This document shows positions 16,113-24,310 of a DNA stretch of 64,000 bases, one piece after another. Made by a program: the position numbers and the translations under genes. Origin of the DNA: a virus (taxonomy: Duplodnaviria; Heunggongvirae; Uroviricota; Caudoviricetes); the IMG/VR virus record IMGVR_UViG_3300017938_000005; one strand, 5' to 3'. How positions within the stretch are numbered: the stretch's first letter is position 1; the number at the start of each line of letters is the position of its first letter. The notes under the pieces were generated by a model. It saw only the letters and a list, made by a program, of their open reading frames with translations. It was not told the DNA's origin and did not search any database.

Positions 16113-16712
16113 GTGATAGCCATGACCCGCCCCGCGCGATCTCTCCGAGTCCCCGCGACTGTTCCAACAACGACCGAGACCGCTTTCCCGAACACCACGC
16201 TCATCCTCAACTCGTGGATGCAGCCGCATCGCATCGCGCCGTGGCAAGACGTCATCACCGAGCTTTTCACGGGCAAGGTCGAGATCCTCACCGAATACGA
16301 TGAGGTCATCTACAGAAACGAGGAGCGCGGCGTCGTGATGCGCATGCCCGCGGTCGCGAGACTCACGAAGCCGACGAGTCTCTGGAAGAAGGGCGTGAAG
16401 TTCTCCCGCGTGAACATCTTCTCGCGCGACAACTTCGTCTGTCAGTACTGCGGCGAGCGCTTCGTGATGACGAAGCTCACCTATGACCACGTCACGCCGC
16501 GCAAGCAGGGTGGCCAAACGGTCTGGGACAACATCGTCGCGGCCTGTCGCTCGTGCAACGACAAGAAGGGCGCCCGCACGCCGGAGGAGGCGAAGATGAA
16601 GCTCCTCAGGAAGCCCTACCGTCCGAAGACGCTGCCGCTCGCGCAGCCCGTGCTCTCGCTTCGCCGCGTCCCGGCCGAGTGGGAGCCGTACATCGCGTCG
16701 GCGTCGGCGTGA
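16113..16712 (+). CDS. HNH endonuclease (McrA-like), embedded in the tRNA array
   Basis: CQYCGERF...LTYDHVTPRKQGGQTVWDNIVAACRSCNDKKG. Confidence 0.8.
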   Translation: MIAMTRPARSLRVPATVPTTTETAFPNTTLILNSWMQPHRIAPWQDVITELFTGKVEILTEYDEVIYRNEERGVVMRMPAVARLTKPTSLWKKGVKFSRVNIFSRDNFVCQYCGERFVMTKLTYDHVTPRKQGGQTVWDNIVAACRSCNDKKGARTPEEAKMKLLRKPYRPKTLPLAQPVLSLRRVPAEWEPYIASASA

Positions 16713-16772
16713 AGCATCGTCCCGTGGAAACCCGGGAAACCCGCTGACAGACCGGGTAAAGTCTGTCGTTTC

Positions 16773-16846
16773 CGGAGTGTGGCTCAGTCTGGTAGAGCGC
16801 TCGGCTGGGGGCCGAGAGATCACAGGTTCAAATCCTGTCACTCCGA
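16773..16846 (+). tRNA. tRNA-Pro(GGG)
   Basis: acceptor cggagtg/cactccg; D-arm gctcagtctggtagagc; stem ctcgg/ccgag with loop ctggggg. Confidence 0.7.
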
Positions 16847-16860
16847 CAGATAGGTAAAAT

Positions 16861-16946
16861 GGAAGATGAACTAGCCAGGGAGCTAGGCCCCGTTGGAAGC
16901 GGGTGCGAGCGCGCGAGCGCTTAGGGTTCGAGTCCTTCGTCTTCCG
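16861..16946 (+). tRNA. tRNA-Ser(GGA), class II
   Basis: acceptor ggaagat/gtcttcc; loop ttggaag; long GC-rich variable arm. Confidence 0.6.
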
Positions 16947-16983
16947 CTACGAGATTCCTATGACGAACAGAGAGAAGTCCTGA

Positions 16984-17065
16984 GGAAGGTGAATCAGTCA
17001 GGGTGCTGAGCCTGTTTCGAAAGCAGTGCGGACGTCAGTCTGGGATTCGATTTCTCCGCCTTCCG
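16984..17065 (+). tRNA. tRNA-Ser(CGA), class II
   Basis: acceptor ggaaggt/gccttcc; loop ttcgaaa; long variable arm. Confidence 0.55.
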
Positions 17066-17069
17066 CCGA

Positions 17070-17155
17070 GGAAGATGCCGCTCAAGGTGAGCAGCGGGCT
17101 TTGAATACCCGTGGAGACCGCGAGGCCGATGGTTCGATCCCATCATCTTCCGCCA
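17070..17155 (+). tRNA. tRNA-Ser(TGA), class II, CCA encoded
   Basis: acceptor ggaagat/atcttcc; loop tttgaat; long variable arm; T-arm gatggttcgatcccatc. Confidence 0.6.
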
Positions 17156-17157
17156 CG

Positions 17158-17243
17158 GAAGCTGAACCCGGCTAGGTGCGGGGCTCCCCTGCTAAGGGAT
17201 GCGACGTCATTGCGACGTTGAGTTTCGAGTACTCCGGTTTCCG
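17158..17243 (+). tRNA. tRNA-Ser(GCT), class II
   Basis: acceptor ggaagct/ggtttcc; loop ctgctaa; long variable hairpin. Confidence 0.55.
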
Positions 17244-17273
17244 CCGCTACATACCATTGACTTTACATGATAC

Positions 17274-18101
17274 ATGTCGTATACCAAACGACGAATGACT
17301 GCCGAAACGAAGGAGGCGAGGGAGGCGAAGAAGTGGGCCTTCGACTCGGCTGCCGAACTTCTCGACATCGCCCTCGACTTCTCCTACTTCCACCCGCGCG
17401 ACCGCGCGGAGCGCGGTCGCTGGGCCCCACGGAGTGATAACGACGAGGGTGGCCGCTTTCGTCCCGCCATCCCTTTCCTGCGCGTTTCGCCCGAGACTGG
17501 CAGCAAGCTCGTCGTCGTGGTCGGCGAAAACGCCTCGGGCAAGAGCTTCTTCCGGCGCATCGTTCGCAGCGTTTGCCAAAAGTCGAAGACCGAGTGCATC
17601 CACCTCTCGATGGAGGGACGCGTGGACTCGAGCGCCTTTGGCGGTCTCCGTTCGATGGTGTACGGGAGCGAGCACGACCAGTCAACCGGCGAGAACTCCG
17701 TCGGCACCGTCCTCGGCGGCATCACGACGTGCAAGGACCGCGAGGCGCCGCACGTCGTCGTGTGGGACGAGCCCGACCTCGGCTTGTCGGACAGTTGGGC
17801 CGCGGGGATGGGTGAAGCGATCCGCGACTTCGCGAAAGACCCCGGTGAGCACACCCGCGCGATCGTGCTCGTCTCGCACCGCCGCGCCCTCCTCGCTCCG
17901 CTCCTCGCGTTGCCCCTTCACTATGTCCACCTCGGCATCGGCGAAGGCGCGCCCGCGTCACTCGAGGCGTGGTTCGAGGCGCCCATCGTCCCGCGCGACA
18001 TCCGCGAGCTGCATGAGGAGTCGCTCAAGCGTTGGCGAGCGATCCAGGCGATCTTGAACGACAACGAAAAGCGAAGGGCTCAGGAAGAAAAAGATCGCTG
18101 A
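17274..18101 (+). CDS. ABC-type P-loop ATPase domain protein
   Basis: Walker A VVVVGENASGKS; Walker B HVVVWDEPDLGLS; H-loop IVLVSHR. Confidence 0.6.
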   Translation: MSYTKRRMTAETKEAREAKKWAFDSAAELLDIALDFSYFHPRDRAERGRWAPRSDNDEGGRFRPAIPFLRVSPETGSKLVVVVGENASGKSFFRRIVRSVCQKSKTECIHLSMEGRVDSSAFGGLRSMVYGSEHDQSTGENSVGTVLGGITTCKDREAPHVVVWDEPDLGLSDSWAAGMGEAIRDFAKDPGEHTRAIVLVSHRRALLAPLLALPLHYVHLGIGEGAPASLEAWFEAPIVPRDIRELHEESLKRWRAIQAILNDNEKRRAQEEKDR

Positions 18102-18280
18102 TGGCCATCGTGAAACGTGCTCACCTCATTCATGGCAAACGCGAACACCTCGAAAGGCTCGCCCGCTTCCTCAAGCTGCGCTTCGAAGCTCATTGGTCGA
18201 ACCGGCACCTCGGCAGCCTCGTCTACTGGCGGATCACCCGAGGACCGCGAAACAGGCATTAGCGAAGGTGCTTTCGAAGC

Positions 18281-18796
18281 TCACGAGACCACCTCGTAGA
18301 CGCGATCGTAGAAGACGCGTCCGCGCTTGTCTTCGTACTGTTCCCATCCGCCCATCGCGTCTTTCACTTCGCGCACGCCAGCAGATGCCGCGATGGCCCG
18401 TTCAGACGGCCGCGGGCTATTTCGTGAAATGCCGAAAGACTCGCTTATCTCGGGCGTTCGCAAGAGCACGATGCCTTTGGGCAGCACGCGCAGGTCCCAT
18501 CCGGCCTTTTTGAAGCCCAGCCACTCGTCCCACGCTTCCCAGTCCTCGAGCCAGCGCCGGAGATCGCGCGTTTTGCCAGCCGGGAGTGACTCGATCGCGT
18601 CGAGCACCGCGTCGCCGAGCGGACGGCCCGCCTCGAGTCCGCGATCCACTTCGCGGCACGCCTCGGTGCCGCATTCGGCGAGGCGCTTCATCATGATGTC
18701 CTCGAAGCTCACCGCGTGCTCCTTCTCTACCGCTTGCCGAAGATCATTTTCGGCTTCGACCCGGAGTCGATCTTGAATGCTTTGCTCGCGACCCAC
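18281..18796 (-). CDS. member 1 of a 3-member paralogous family (AIESLPxxKTRxLRxW motif), unknown function
   Basis: DAVLDAIESLPAGKTRDLRRWLEDWEAWDEW matches motifs in 37812..38360 and 38375..38860. Confidence 0.55.
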   Translation of the reverse strand: MGREQSIQDRLRVEAENDLRQAVEKEHAVSFEDIMMKRLAECGTEACREVDRGLEAGRPLGDAVLDAIESLPAGKTRDLRRWLEDWEAWDEWLGFKKAGWDLRVLPKGIVLLRTPEISESFGISRNSPRPSERAIAASAGVREVKDAMGGWEQYEDKRGRVFYDRVYEVVS

Positions 18797-19179
18797 TCGT
18801 CACCGAGTTCGACGGTGATCGCTTTGGCGGCCCGCGCGCGCGTCCAGCCCGGTACGTCTTTGAAGGTGGGATCCTCGAAATTCAAGATGCCCCACCGGCG
18901 AAGCTCTTCTTCGCCTCCGCGGATCTCGCCGCGCGCGTCCCAGTAGCGGCCAAACCCTCGATGGGCGGGATAGAGCACGGCGGCGTGGCCGACGGGGCTG
19001 CCGCGCTCGAGCATGTACTCGTTCAGGCCTGCGATGTAGCGACCCTCGCCGCCGAAGACGCGCCGGTTGATCTCGATCGCTGCGAGGCCACACTCGCCGT
19101 CGAAACCGTGAAGATTGAGCGCAAGGATCTCCCGCTCGAACTTCCGTCTCTCCGTGTCGGTCATCGCTTGCATCGTCAT
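18727..19179 (-). CDS. hypothetical protein
   Basis: balanced composition. Confidence 0.45.
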   Translation of the reverse strand: MTMQAMTDTERRKFEREILALNLHGFDGECGLAAIEINRRVFGGEGRYIAGLNEYMLERGSPVGHAAVLYPAHRGFGRYWDARGEIRGGEEELRRWGILNFEDPTFKDVPGWTRARAAKAITVELGDEWVASKAFKIDSGSKPKMIFGKR

Positions 19180-19181
19180 GG

Positions 19182-19610
19182 CTATTCGAACCTCGGCACG
19201 AGTAAACTGAAACCCTCAACGGACAAGAGCCCCGTCTTTGCGGGGTTCGGGTCGTGCACGACCTCGTGCCCGCGCGCAAGGACAGCATGTGACCGCCCGC
19301 GCGGCGACAGGCCGGCGCGGATGTGGAGGACGCCGGGCGGAACCGTGAGCTTCGCACCCGGCGCGCTCGTCGAATGGAGACGGTAGATCCCCTCCCGAAC
19401 AGGCTCGTACACGGGCGGGTCGACGAGGAAGTGTAGACCATAGAGCCCGAAGGGCTCGAGCCACCTGTCGAGCCGGAGCGTCCAGACGTAGTCGGGTTCA
19501 CCGGGAATGTAGAACGTCGGAACCGCTTCGATGGGAAGCTCGAGGAGCGACGCGACACACGCGGAGAAGCAGTTGCCGTCCTTGTAGCCGAAGTGGTTTT
19601 GGTCAACCGG
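19182..19610 (-). CDS. putative papain-like cysteine peptidase; start uncertain
   Basis: QNHFGYKDGNCFSACVASLLEL (Gln/Cys) and later GHEVVHDPN (His/Asp); N-terminal part of ORF 19182..19823 is Arg-rich and overlaps 19613..19897. Confidence 0.35.
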   Translation of the reverse strand, partial: PVDQNHFGYKDGNCFSACVASLLELPIEAVPTFYIPGEPDYVWTLRLDRWLEPFGLYGLHFLVDPPVYEPVREGIYRLHSTSAPGAKLTVPPGVLHIRAGLSPRGRSHAVLARGHEVVHDPNPAKTGLLSVEGFSLLVPRFE

Positions 19611-19612
19611 GA

Positions 19613-19897
19613 TCAAGCCTTCTTCTCCAACTCGTCGTGGATAGCGATTCCCTTTGGGGGCCCTGCGGCACCATCGTTCACGGCGGGACGAAGCAGGAGC
19701 CCAACCGGATGCCCCGATCTCAGAGGGATGAGACGCGATTCGACGCCGGCAACGTTCCATTCGGAACCGTCGGAGAGGCGCCGATAAACGTCGCCTGTTT
19801 TCGGCTCTGGGCCACCAGCCCACTCGAAAAGCGCGAGCTGGGCGTCACGTCCTTTGATCTGGATGACATCGAGGATACGAACCGTCACGCCTTCCAA
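19613..19897 (-). CDS. hypothetical protein
   Basis: MEGVTVRILDVIQIKGRDAQLALFEW... Confidence 0.45.
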   Translation of the reverse strand: MEGVTVRILDVIQIKGRDAQLALFEWAGGPEPKTGDVYRRLSDGSEWNVAGVESRLIPLRSGHPVGLLLRPAVNDGAAGPPKGIAIHDELEKKA

Positions 19898-19921
19898 TAT
19901 ACCGGCAGGGCGCTCGCCCGA

Positions 19922-20130
19922 CTAGCGTGCCGCTTTCGCCGTGGCGCGTACCTCGTCTCTGAATCTCTCGCGCGCCTTTCGGACGCAACGCGGCTCACCT
20001 TGGAGTGGGAGTCGGCCGAGCGGGCCCCATGCGAACCACTTGCCGTAGTCTGCCAAGAATTTGTGACGCCCGCACGGGCAGTCCGATCCCGCGATGCTCA
20101 CGATCGGCTTCGCTCTTTTCTGCGTCATCA
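19922..20130 (-). CDS. hypothetical small protein (MTQKRAKPIVSIAGSDCPCGRHK...)
   Basis: internal Met; ATGA overlap with the 20128 gene. Confidence 0.35.
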
Positions 20131-20427
20131 GGATTCCTCGTTTCCGTCGATCGAGGCGATCGGTGTGACGACGGCGTGCTCGGACTCGGGTTCGCCGCTC
20201 GAGACTTTCTTTTCGATGCGATCGATGGCCTCGAGGAGCGCGATGCCGATCCCCTTCGTCACGTTGAGCTTGTCCACTGGGATGCCGGTTCGCTGGGCGA
20301 GCATCTCCTTCACCTTCGTCGCCGTGAGCGCGGGACGGACGATCACGTCGACCCCGCAATTCGGGCAGCGCACGTGGGTCACGCGCAGGTGAGCACTGTT
20401 CGCGTGGAGCTTCTTCTCTTCTTTCAT
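20128..20427 (-). CDS. hypothetical protein with CPNCG zinc ribbon
   Basis: balanced composition. Confidence 0.5.
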   Translation of the reverse strand: MKEEKKLHANSAHLRVTHVRCPNCGVDVIVRPALTATKVKEMLAQRTGIPVDKLNVTKGIGIALLEAIDRIEKKVSSGEPESEHAVVTPIASIDGNEES

Positions 20428-20792
20428 GGCTTGACTCTGTACCCCTGACCCTTTTCAGGATCGAACGCGATCTCGTAGCGCTTCGTGCTGTGCGCCCAAC
20501 CGTCGACGGGCTCGTTCTTCGAGAGCGCCTCGCCAGAGCGAATGGCGCGGACGAGGTCCTTCATCATCTTTTCCACGTTCGCCGCGCTCCAGTCTTCGGC
20601 AGGCATCGCGTGATTGGATGTAAAGGCGTACGTGCGGTTGTACCAGTACCACTCCATCCATCCAGCCACACGTTCGCGTTCCTTTGTGAGGACTCTCTCC
20701 ATCCAACGCTTGCGTGCTGCGGCTGCGGCCTTGCGACGCTTCGCGGCTTCCGCGCGCTCCTCATGGGAGAGAAATTTCTTTTTCTTCTTCAC
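20424..20792 (-). CDS. hypothetical protein with Lys-rich N-terminus
   Basis: MKKKKKFLSHEERAEAAKRRK... Confidence 0.5.
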   Translation of the reverse strand: MKKKKKFLSHEERAEAAKRRKAAAAARKRWMERVLTKERERVAGWMEWYWYNRTYAFTSNHAMPAEDWSAANVEKMMKDLVRAIRSGEALSKNEPVDGWAHSTKRYEIAFDPEKGQGYRVKP

Positions 20793-22216
20793 GGCAGTCC
20801 CTTTGGCTTCGGCACGACGCTCGTCAGCGTCCCTCCAAAGTGCTCGAGGATCTCGTTGATGAGGATCCGGTCTTCGTCACGCAGCTTCTCGAGGTTCGCG
20901 AGGGCGACGGGTTCGTCTGCCGGCTCTTTCTTCGCCTCCTCCTTCTCTGCCTCGAGAAACGCGACGCGCGCTTCGTGAGCCTGCTGCTCGAGTCTCTCGG
21001 GCCGCTTCTCGAAGCCCTCAGGAATCTTTCCGTCATCATCGGGACGCCCTTCGCCCCAGATGAGATCCGCAGTCTTCGGCCAGCGCCCCGTCTGCGCGTA
21101 GAGCGCGATGCATGTTTTCCAAGCATCACCTCCGGGTTCCGGGTACGTGCGCTCCGCGTAGGGCACGAAGCTTCCACCAAAACCTCCTCCGCCGAAACCG
21201 CCGCCCGAACCGCCGAAGCCCGACGGCACCTCGAATGCGATGGGCGCGCCGACAGCGCGCATCTTCTTCGGCGGCGCGGTTTTACGCTTGCGCGATTCGA
21301 GGATGAAGGCTTTCACGGCTTGCTTCAGGTTCTTGCACTTGGGCAGATCGGTGAAACGCCTCGAGTGCGTGATCTCACGACCGAGGTCCACGATCGTGAA
21401 CGTCCCTTGAACAGGCCCGCGGGCCCATCGCGCGAGCGAGAGCGATCCGATCTGGATGGACTTATTCGCGAGGTCGCTCTGCGGCGCCGGGTCGGGAGGC
21501 AGGTTCGCGAGCCGATCGCGCTTGTCACGATGAAGCGCGATCATCGCGTGGATGGAGCGCTGCACGTTCTTTGACTTGTAGACTTCCTTGCCCATGATGG
21601 CGGACGTGCGGGGAGCCGCGATCTCTTCCTTGAACACGCTCCTCTCCTCGTCCTCGGGCGGGTCCATCGCGGGCCTCGACCAATCGATCACCTTGAATTG
21701 GCCCTTCAAGTCACGCACGACCTGGAAGTCGCCGAGCCGGATGGGCTTGCCGCTCCTGTCGACGAGCGGCGGGATGACCTTGCCCCCGAATGATCCGCCA
21801 CCCCTCTTCGTCGTCGGTGCGTCGATCTGCTGTCCGCGACCATCGCGCCACGCACGAAAATCCCGCGGCTGCGCGCGAACGTACTTCTTGTAGCCGGGCA
21901 AGAGCGCCTGCTCGGGCGGCGCGGCGCGCTTCGGCTCCTCCGGCGGGAGACCGTCGGCGATCTCAGCCAAAATATCCCCATGGCAACGCTCGGGTTTGCA
22001 CCAGCACCCGAGCACCTTGCCCTTCAACTCCGTCGAGATCGCGGCGAGAAGATCCGGCCGACCGAGCACGTACGAGCGGTACAGATCGATCACCTCGTCG
22101 CGCGTGCCGTCCTGCCCGATCTTGAAAGGGTTGCCCCACTTCGAGGGGCGCGCGATGGAGACGTCGTAAGTGTCGACCCCGAGGTGCACGACGCGCGTCC
22201 TCTTGATTTCCACGAA
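20789..22216 (-). CDS. DUF4326-domain protein with Gly-rich linker and C-terminal extension; start near 22216 assumed
   Basis: HLGVDTYDVSIARPSKWGNPF...GCWCKPERCHGD (DUF4326-like); GFGGSGGGFGGGGFGGSF linker; N-terminal 95 aa of the ORF is Arg-rich and overlaps 22222..22455. Confidence 0.5.
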   Translation of the reverse strand, partial: FVEIKRTRVVHLGVDTYDVSIARPSKWGNPFKIGQDGTRDEVIDLYRSYVLGRPDLLAAISTELKGKVLGCWCKPERCHGDILAEIADGLPPEEPKRAAPPEQALLPGYKKYVRAQPRDFRAWRDGRGQQIDAPTTKRGGGSFGGKVIPPLVDRSGKPIRLGDFQVVRDLKGQFKVIDWSRPAMDPPEDEERSVFKEEIAAPRTSAIMGKEVYKSKNVQRSIHAMIALHRDKRDRLANLPPDPAPQSDLANKSIQIGSLSLARWARGPVQGTFTIVDLGREITHSRRFTDLPKCKNLKQAVKAFILESRKRKTAPPKKMRAVGAPIAFEVPSGFGGSGGGFGGGGFGGSFVPYAERTYPEPGGDAWKTCIALYAQTGRWPKTADLIWGEGRPDDDGKIPEGFEKRPERLEQQAHEARVAFLEAEKEEAKKEPADEPVALANLEKLRDEDRILINEILEHFGGTLTSVVPKPKGLP

Positions 22217-22221
22217 CGTTC

Positions 22222-22455
22222 TCACTTCTTCGGAAACGGCGGGGGCGGTACGCCGCCGTGTTCTTCGATCACCAGCTCGCGCCAGCGTTGCAGCTCGCCG
22301 ATGATTCCGCCGAGGATCTCGCGTTTCACGCCGACGGTGTCCAGCGGGCTCTCCATGCACGCGAGAAGAAGTTCCTGGAGCTGCTCGGTCGTCGCCGGCT
22401 CGAACTCGGCGTTCATGCCCTCGTAGTCGAACCACATCTTGCCCATGCGCTTCAT
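22222..22455 (-). CDS. hypothetical protein
   Basis: MKRMGKMWFDYEGMNAEFEPATTEQLQELLLA... Confidence 0.5.
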   Translation of the reverse strand: MKRMGKMWFDYEGMNAEFEPATTEQLQELLLACMESPLDTVGVKREILGGIIGELQRWRELVIEEHGGVPPPPFPKK

Positions 22456-22757
22456 GATGTCTTTTTCCCGATGCGGTCTTGAAGCGCATCGATGTGGCCC
22501 AGGATCTCATGCATGACGCTGTTCGAGATCCCGCGCTGTTCGTTCCCTCGAGCGACGTCGCGCATGTGCTCGAGTCGTTCTTCTGTCATCCGCTGGCCGT
22601 CCGGCAGACCTTCGAGGGCGTCGATGTGGCCGACGCATTCGGAGAGGGCAGAGCGGCGTCCGAGCTTGCCGTCGTCCACACGGGCCTCCTTGCGCAGTTG
22701 GGCCAAGCGATCGGGCGTCATCAATCCGTAGATGTTTTTCATCATCGCCGATTCCAT
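22452..22757 (-). CDS. hypothetical protein with internal GHIDAL repeat
   Basis: SECVGHIDALEGLPDGQ... and MHEILGHIDALQDRI. Confidence 0.45.
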   Translation of the reverse strand: MESAMMKNIYGLMTPDRLAQLRKEARVDDGKLGRRSALSECVGHIDALEGLPDGQRMTEERLEHMRDVARGNEQRGISNSVMHEILGHIDALQDRIGKKTS

Positions 22758-23043
22758 GCTTTGGGGAGCGGGCCGCCGCGCACGATCCACTCGTCGATGT
22801 TGCCGATCGCGGTCGCGATGAAATTCGTGACGGTTGGCGTTGCCTCTTCACGCAGCGCGCGACGAAGACGCGAAAGCTCCTCGTTCACGTCGAACTGATC
22901 GAAATCGCGGTGCGCATCGTCATCCGCGTAGGAGCGAGTGGAGGCGAGGAGGACGGGACGGCTCTCTGCTGCGTCCAGCTCGGTCGTGGATGCATTGTAG
23001 GAGCAACCTTGTTCGGGGGACTCGGGTGCAGTGTGACGCGTCA
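22742..23043 (-). CDS. hypothetical acidic protein (MTRHTAPESPEQG...)
   Basis: protein-like C-terminal part of an otherwise Arg-rich ORF. Confidence 0.3.
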
Positions 23044-23058
23044 TGTCGATCCTTTCGT

Positions 23059-23496
23059 TCACGAGTGCGTCTGGATAGGCTTCAAACGCGGCTGCGACTT
23101 CGGGAACACGGCGTCCACGCCTGCCTTCTTGACGATCGCGTCGACGTCTTGATCGTTGCACGCGACGAGGGCTCTGCCGGGCAGCATGCCCTCGACCTTG
23201 CACTTGGCGGCCTGGAGCGCGCGCCGGATCTTGCCGTAGTTCTCGGTGTGCGGCTCCGGGTAGTCGAGCCCGATCTTGTACTCGAACGCCCGCGAGATCA
23301 CGCGGCTCGCGTGGAGGCGATCGTCTTTCTTGCCGGGGGCCGCTTCGACGACGTCGTCGATGTTGAGGAGATCCGTGAGCGGGACGTTCGTGATGCGGAC
23401 GAGCATCGGCTTCTTCCCTTTCGGAAGCTCCACGACCGTGCCCCAGCCCGTCTCGCCCGGTTCGTAGACGAGCTTGATCGAGTCGCCGACTTTCAT
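23059..23496 (-). CDS. hypothetical protein (MKVGDSIKLVYEPGETGWGTVVEL...)
   Basis: internal Met; upstream part is Arg-rich. Confidence 0.45.
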   Translation of the reverse strand: MKVGDSIKLVYEPGETGWGTVVELPKGKKPMLVRITNVPLTDLLNIDDVVEAAPGKKDDRLHASRVISRAFEYKIGLDYPEPHTENYGKIRRALQAAKCKVEGMLPGRALVACNDQDVDAIVKKAGVDAVFPKSQPRLKPIQTHS

Positions 23497-23762
23497 TGCA
23501 CCGCTCCAAGAGTTCCGAGGTTCTTCTTGTACATGTCGTAGTACGCCCCAAAAACGCCGAGCAGCTCGTCCTTTGGGATCCCGTTTGAGGCGCATCCGCT
23601 CGCGCAGAAGAGCATGAGCGCTGTGAGGGCGAGTTCGTGTTCTATGCCTTCCGCCGCGGCTTCTTCGAGCCACGCGCGGAGGCCCTCGCGAAGGCGCTCG
23701 AGCTTCTTGTCCTGCTCGGGCGTCGTCGCCTGCACCTCGATCGTTTTCTTGTGCTCATCCAT
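23493..23762 (-). CDS. hypothetical protein
   Basis: 4-nt overlap chain. Confidence 0.5.
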   Translation of the reverse strand: MDEHKKTIEVQATTPEQDKKLERLREGLRAWLEEAAAEGIEHELALTALMLFCASGCASNGIPKDELLGVFGAYYDMYKKNLGTLGAVQ

Positions 23763-23765
23763 CGC

Positions 23766-24083
23766 TCACCTCGTTTTCGCTTTTTGCCAGCGATGGCTAC
23801 GATTCTCGCGACCGTTCGCGAGGTAATCGCGTGCGACGCGGATCTGGTTCTCCCAGTAGGTGATGAACTCGAGGACGGCTTCCTCGGTCGCATGGGCGCC
23901 TTCCTCGCGACCGCTCTCGCGCGACTGAAATCCGAGGAAGTAGATCCGTTCTTCCATGCGATCCAAGGCCATGAGTTGATCGAAACCGATCTCGCGTACG
24001 AAGTTCAGCGTCTTGTCTTGCCGCGAGTCCATGAACTTTTCGATCTCGTCGTTCTCGTTGCGCTTCTCTTCGCTCATCGTCAC
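23766..24083 (-). CDS. hypothetical protein
   Basis: balanced composition. Confidence 0.5.
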   Translation of the reverse strand: MTMSEEKRNENDEIEKFMDSRQDKTLNFVREIGFDQLMALDRMEERIYFLGFQSRESGREEGAHATEEAVLEFITYWENQIRVARDYLANGRENRSHRWQKAKTR

Positions 24084-24310
24084 CCTCCTTCGCTCTTCTT
24101 GATCCGACCCCCGAAGGCCTTGTAGCCCGACCCTCCAGCCACGGCGCCGCGGATCGCGTTGAGCTTGTCACGAAGCTCGACGAGGTCATCCATGTGGACA
24201 TCGCCGTGCGCGTCGCGATCGTGAAGAAGCTTCGCGCAGAGCGACAAGACGTCGTCCAGAAGCTCGCCGGCCTCTTCGTCCGTGAGCTTTCGCTTCGGAC
24301 TCGGACTCAC
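24080..24310 (-). CDS. hypothetical protein
   Basis: ATGA overlap chain with the radical SAM gene. Confidence 0.5.
   Translation of the reverse strand: MSPSPKRKLTDEEAGELLDDVLSLCAKLLHDRDAHGDVHMDDLVELRDKLNAIRGAVAGGSGYKAFGGRIKKSEGG

Noticed and set aside
10380-17250. Genome-wide stop-codon reassignment implied by suppressor-like tRNAs
   Set aside because: Not supported as a general feature. Well-supported genes (MVP, Ro60, radical SAM, NUDIX, HNH) terminate normally at TGA/TAA/TAG without internal stops. Only one isolated in-frame TGA was seen (about 8500), so any recoding would be local at most.
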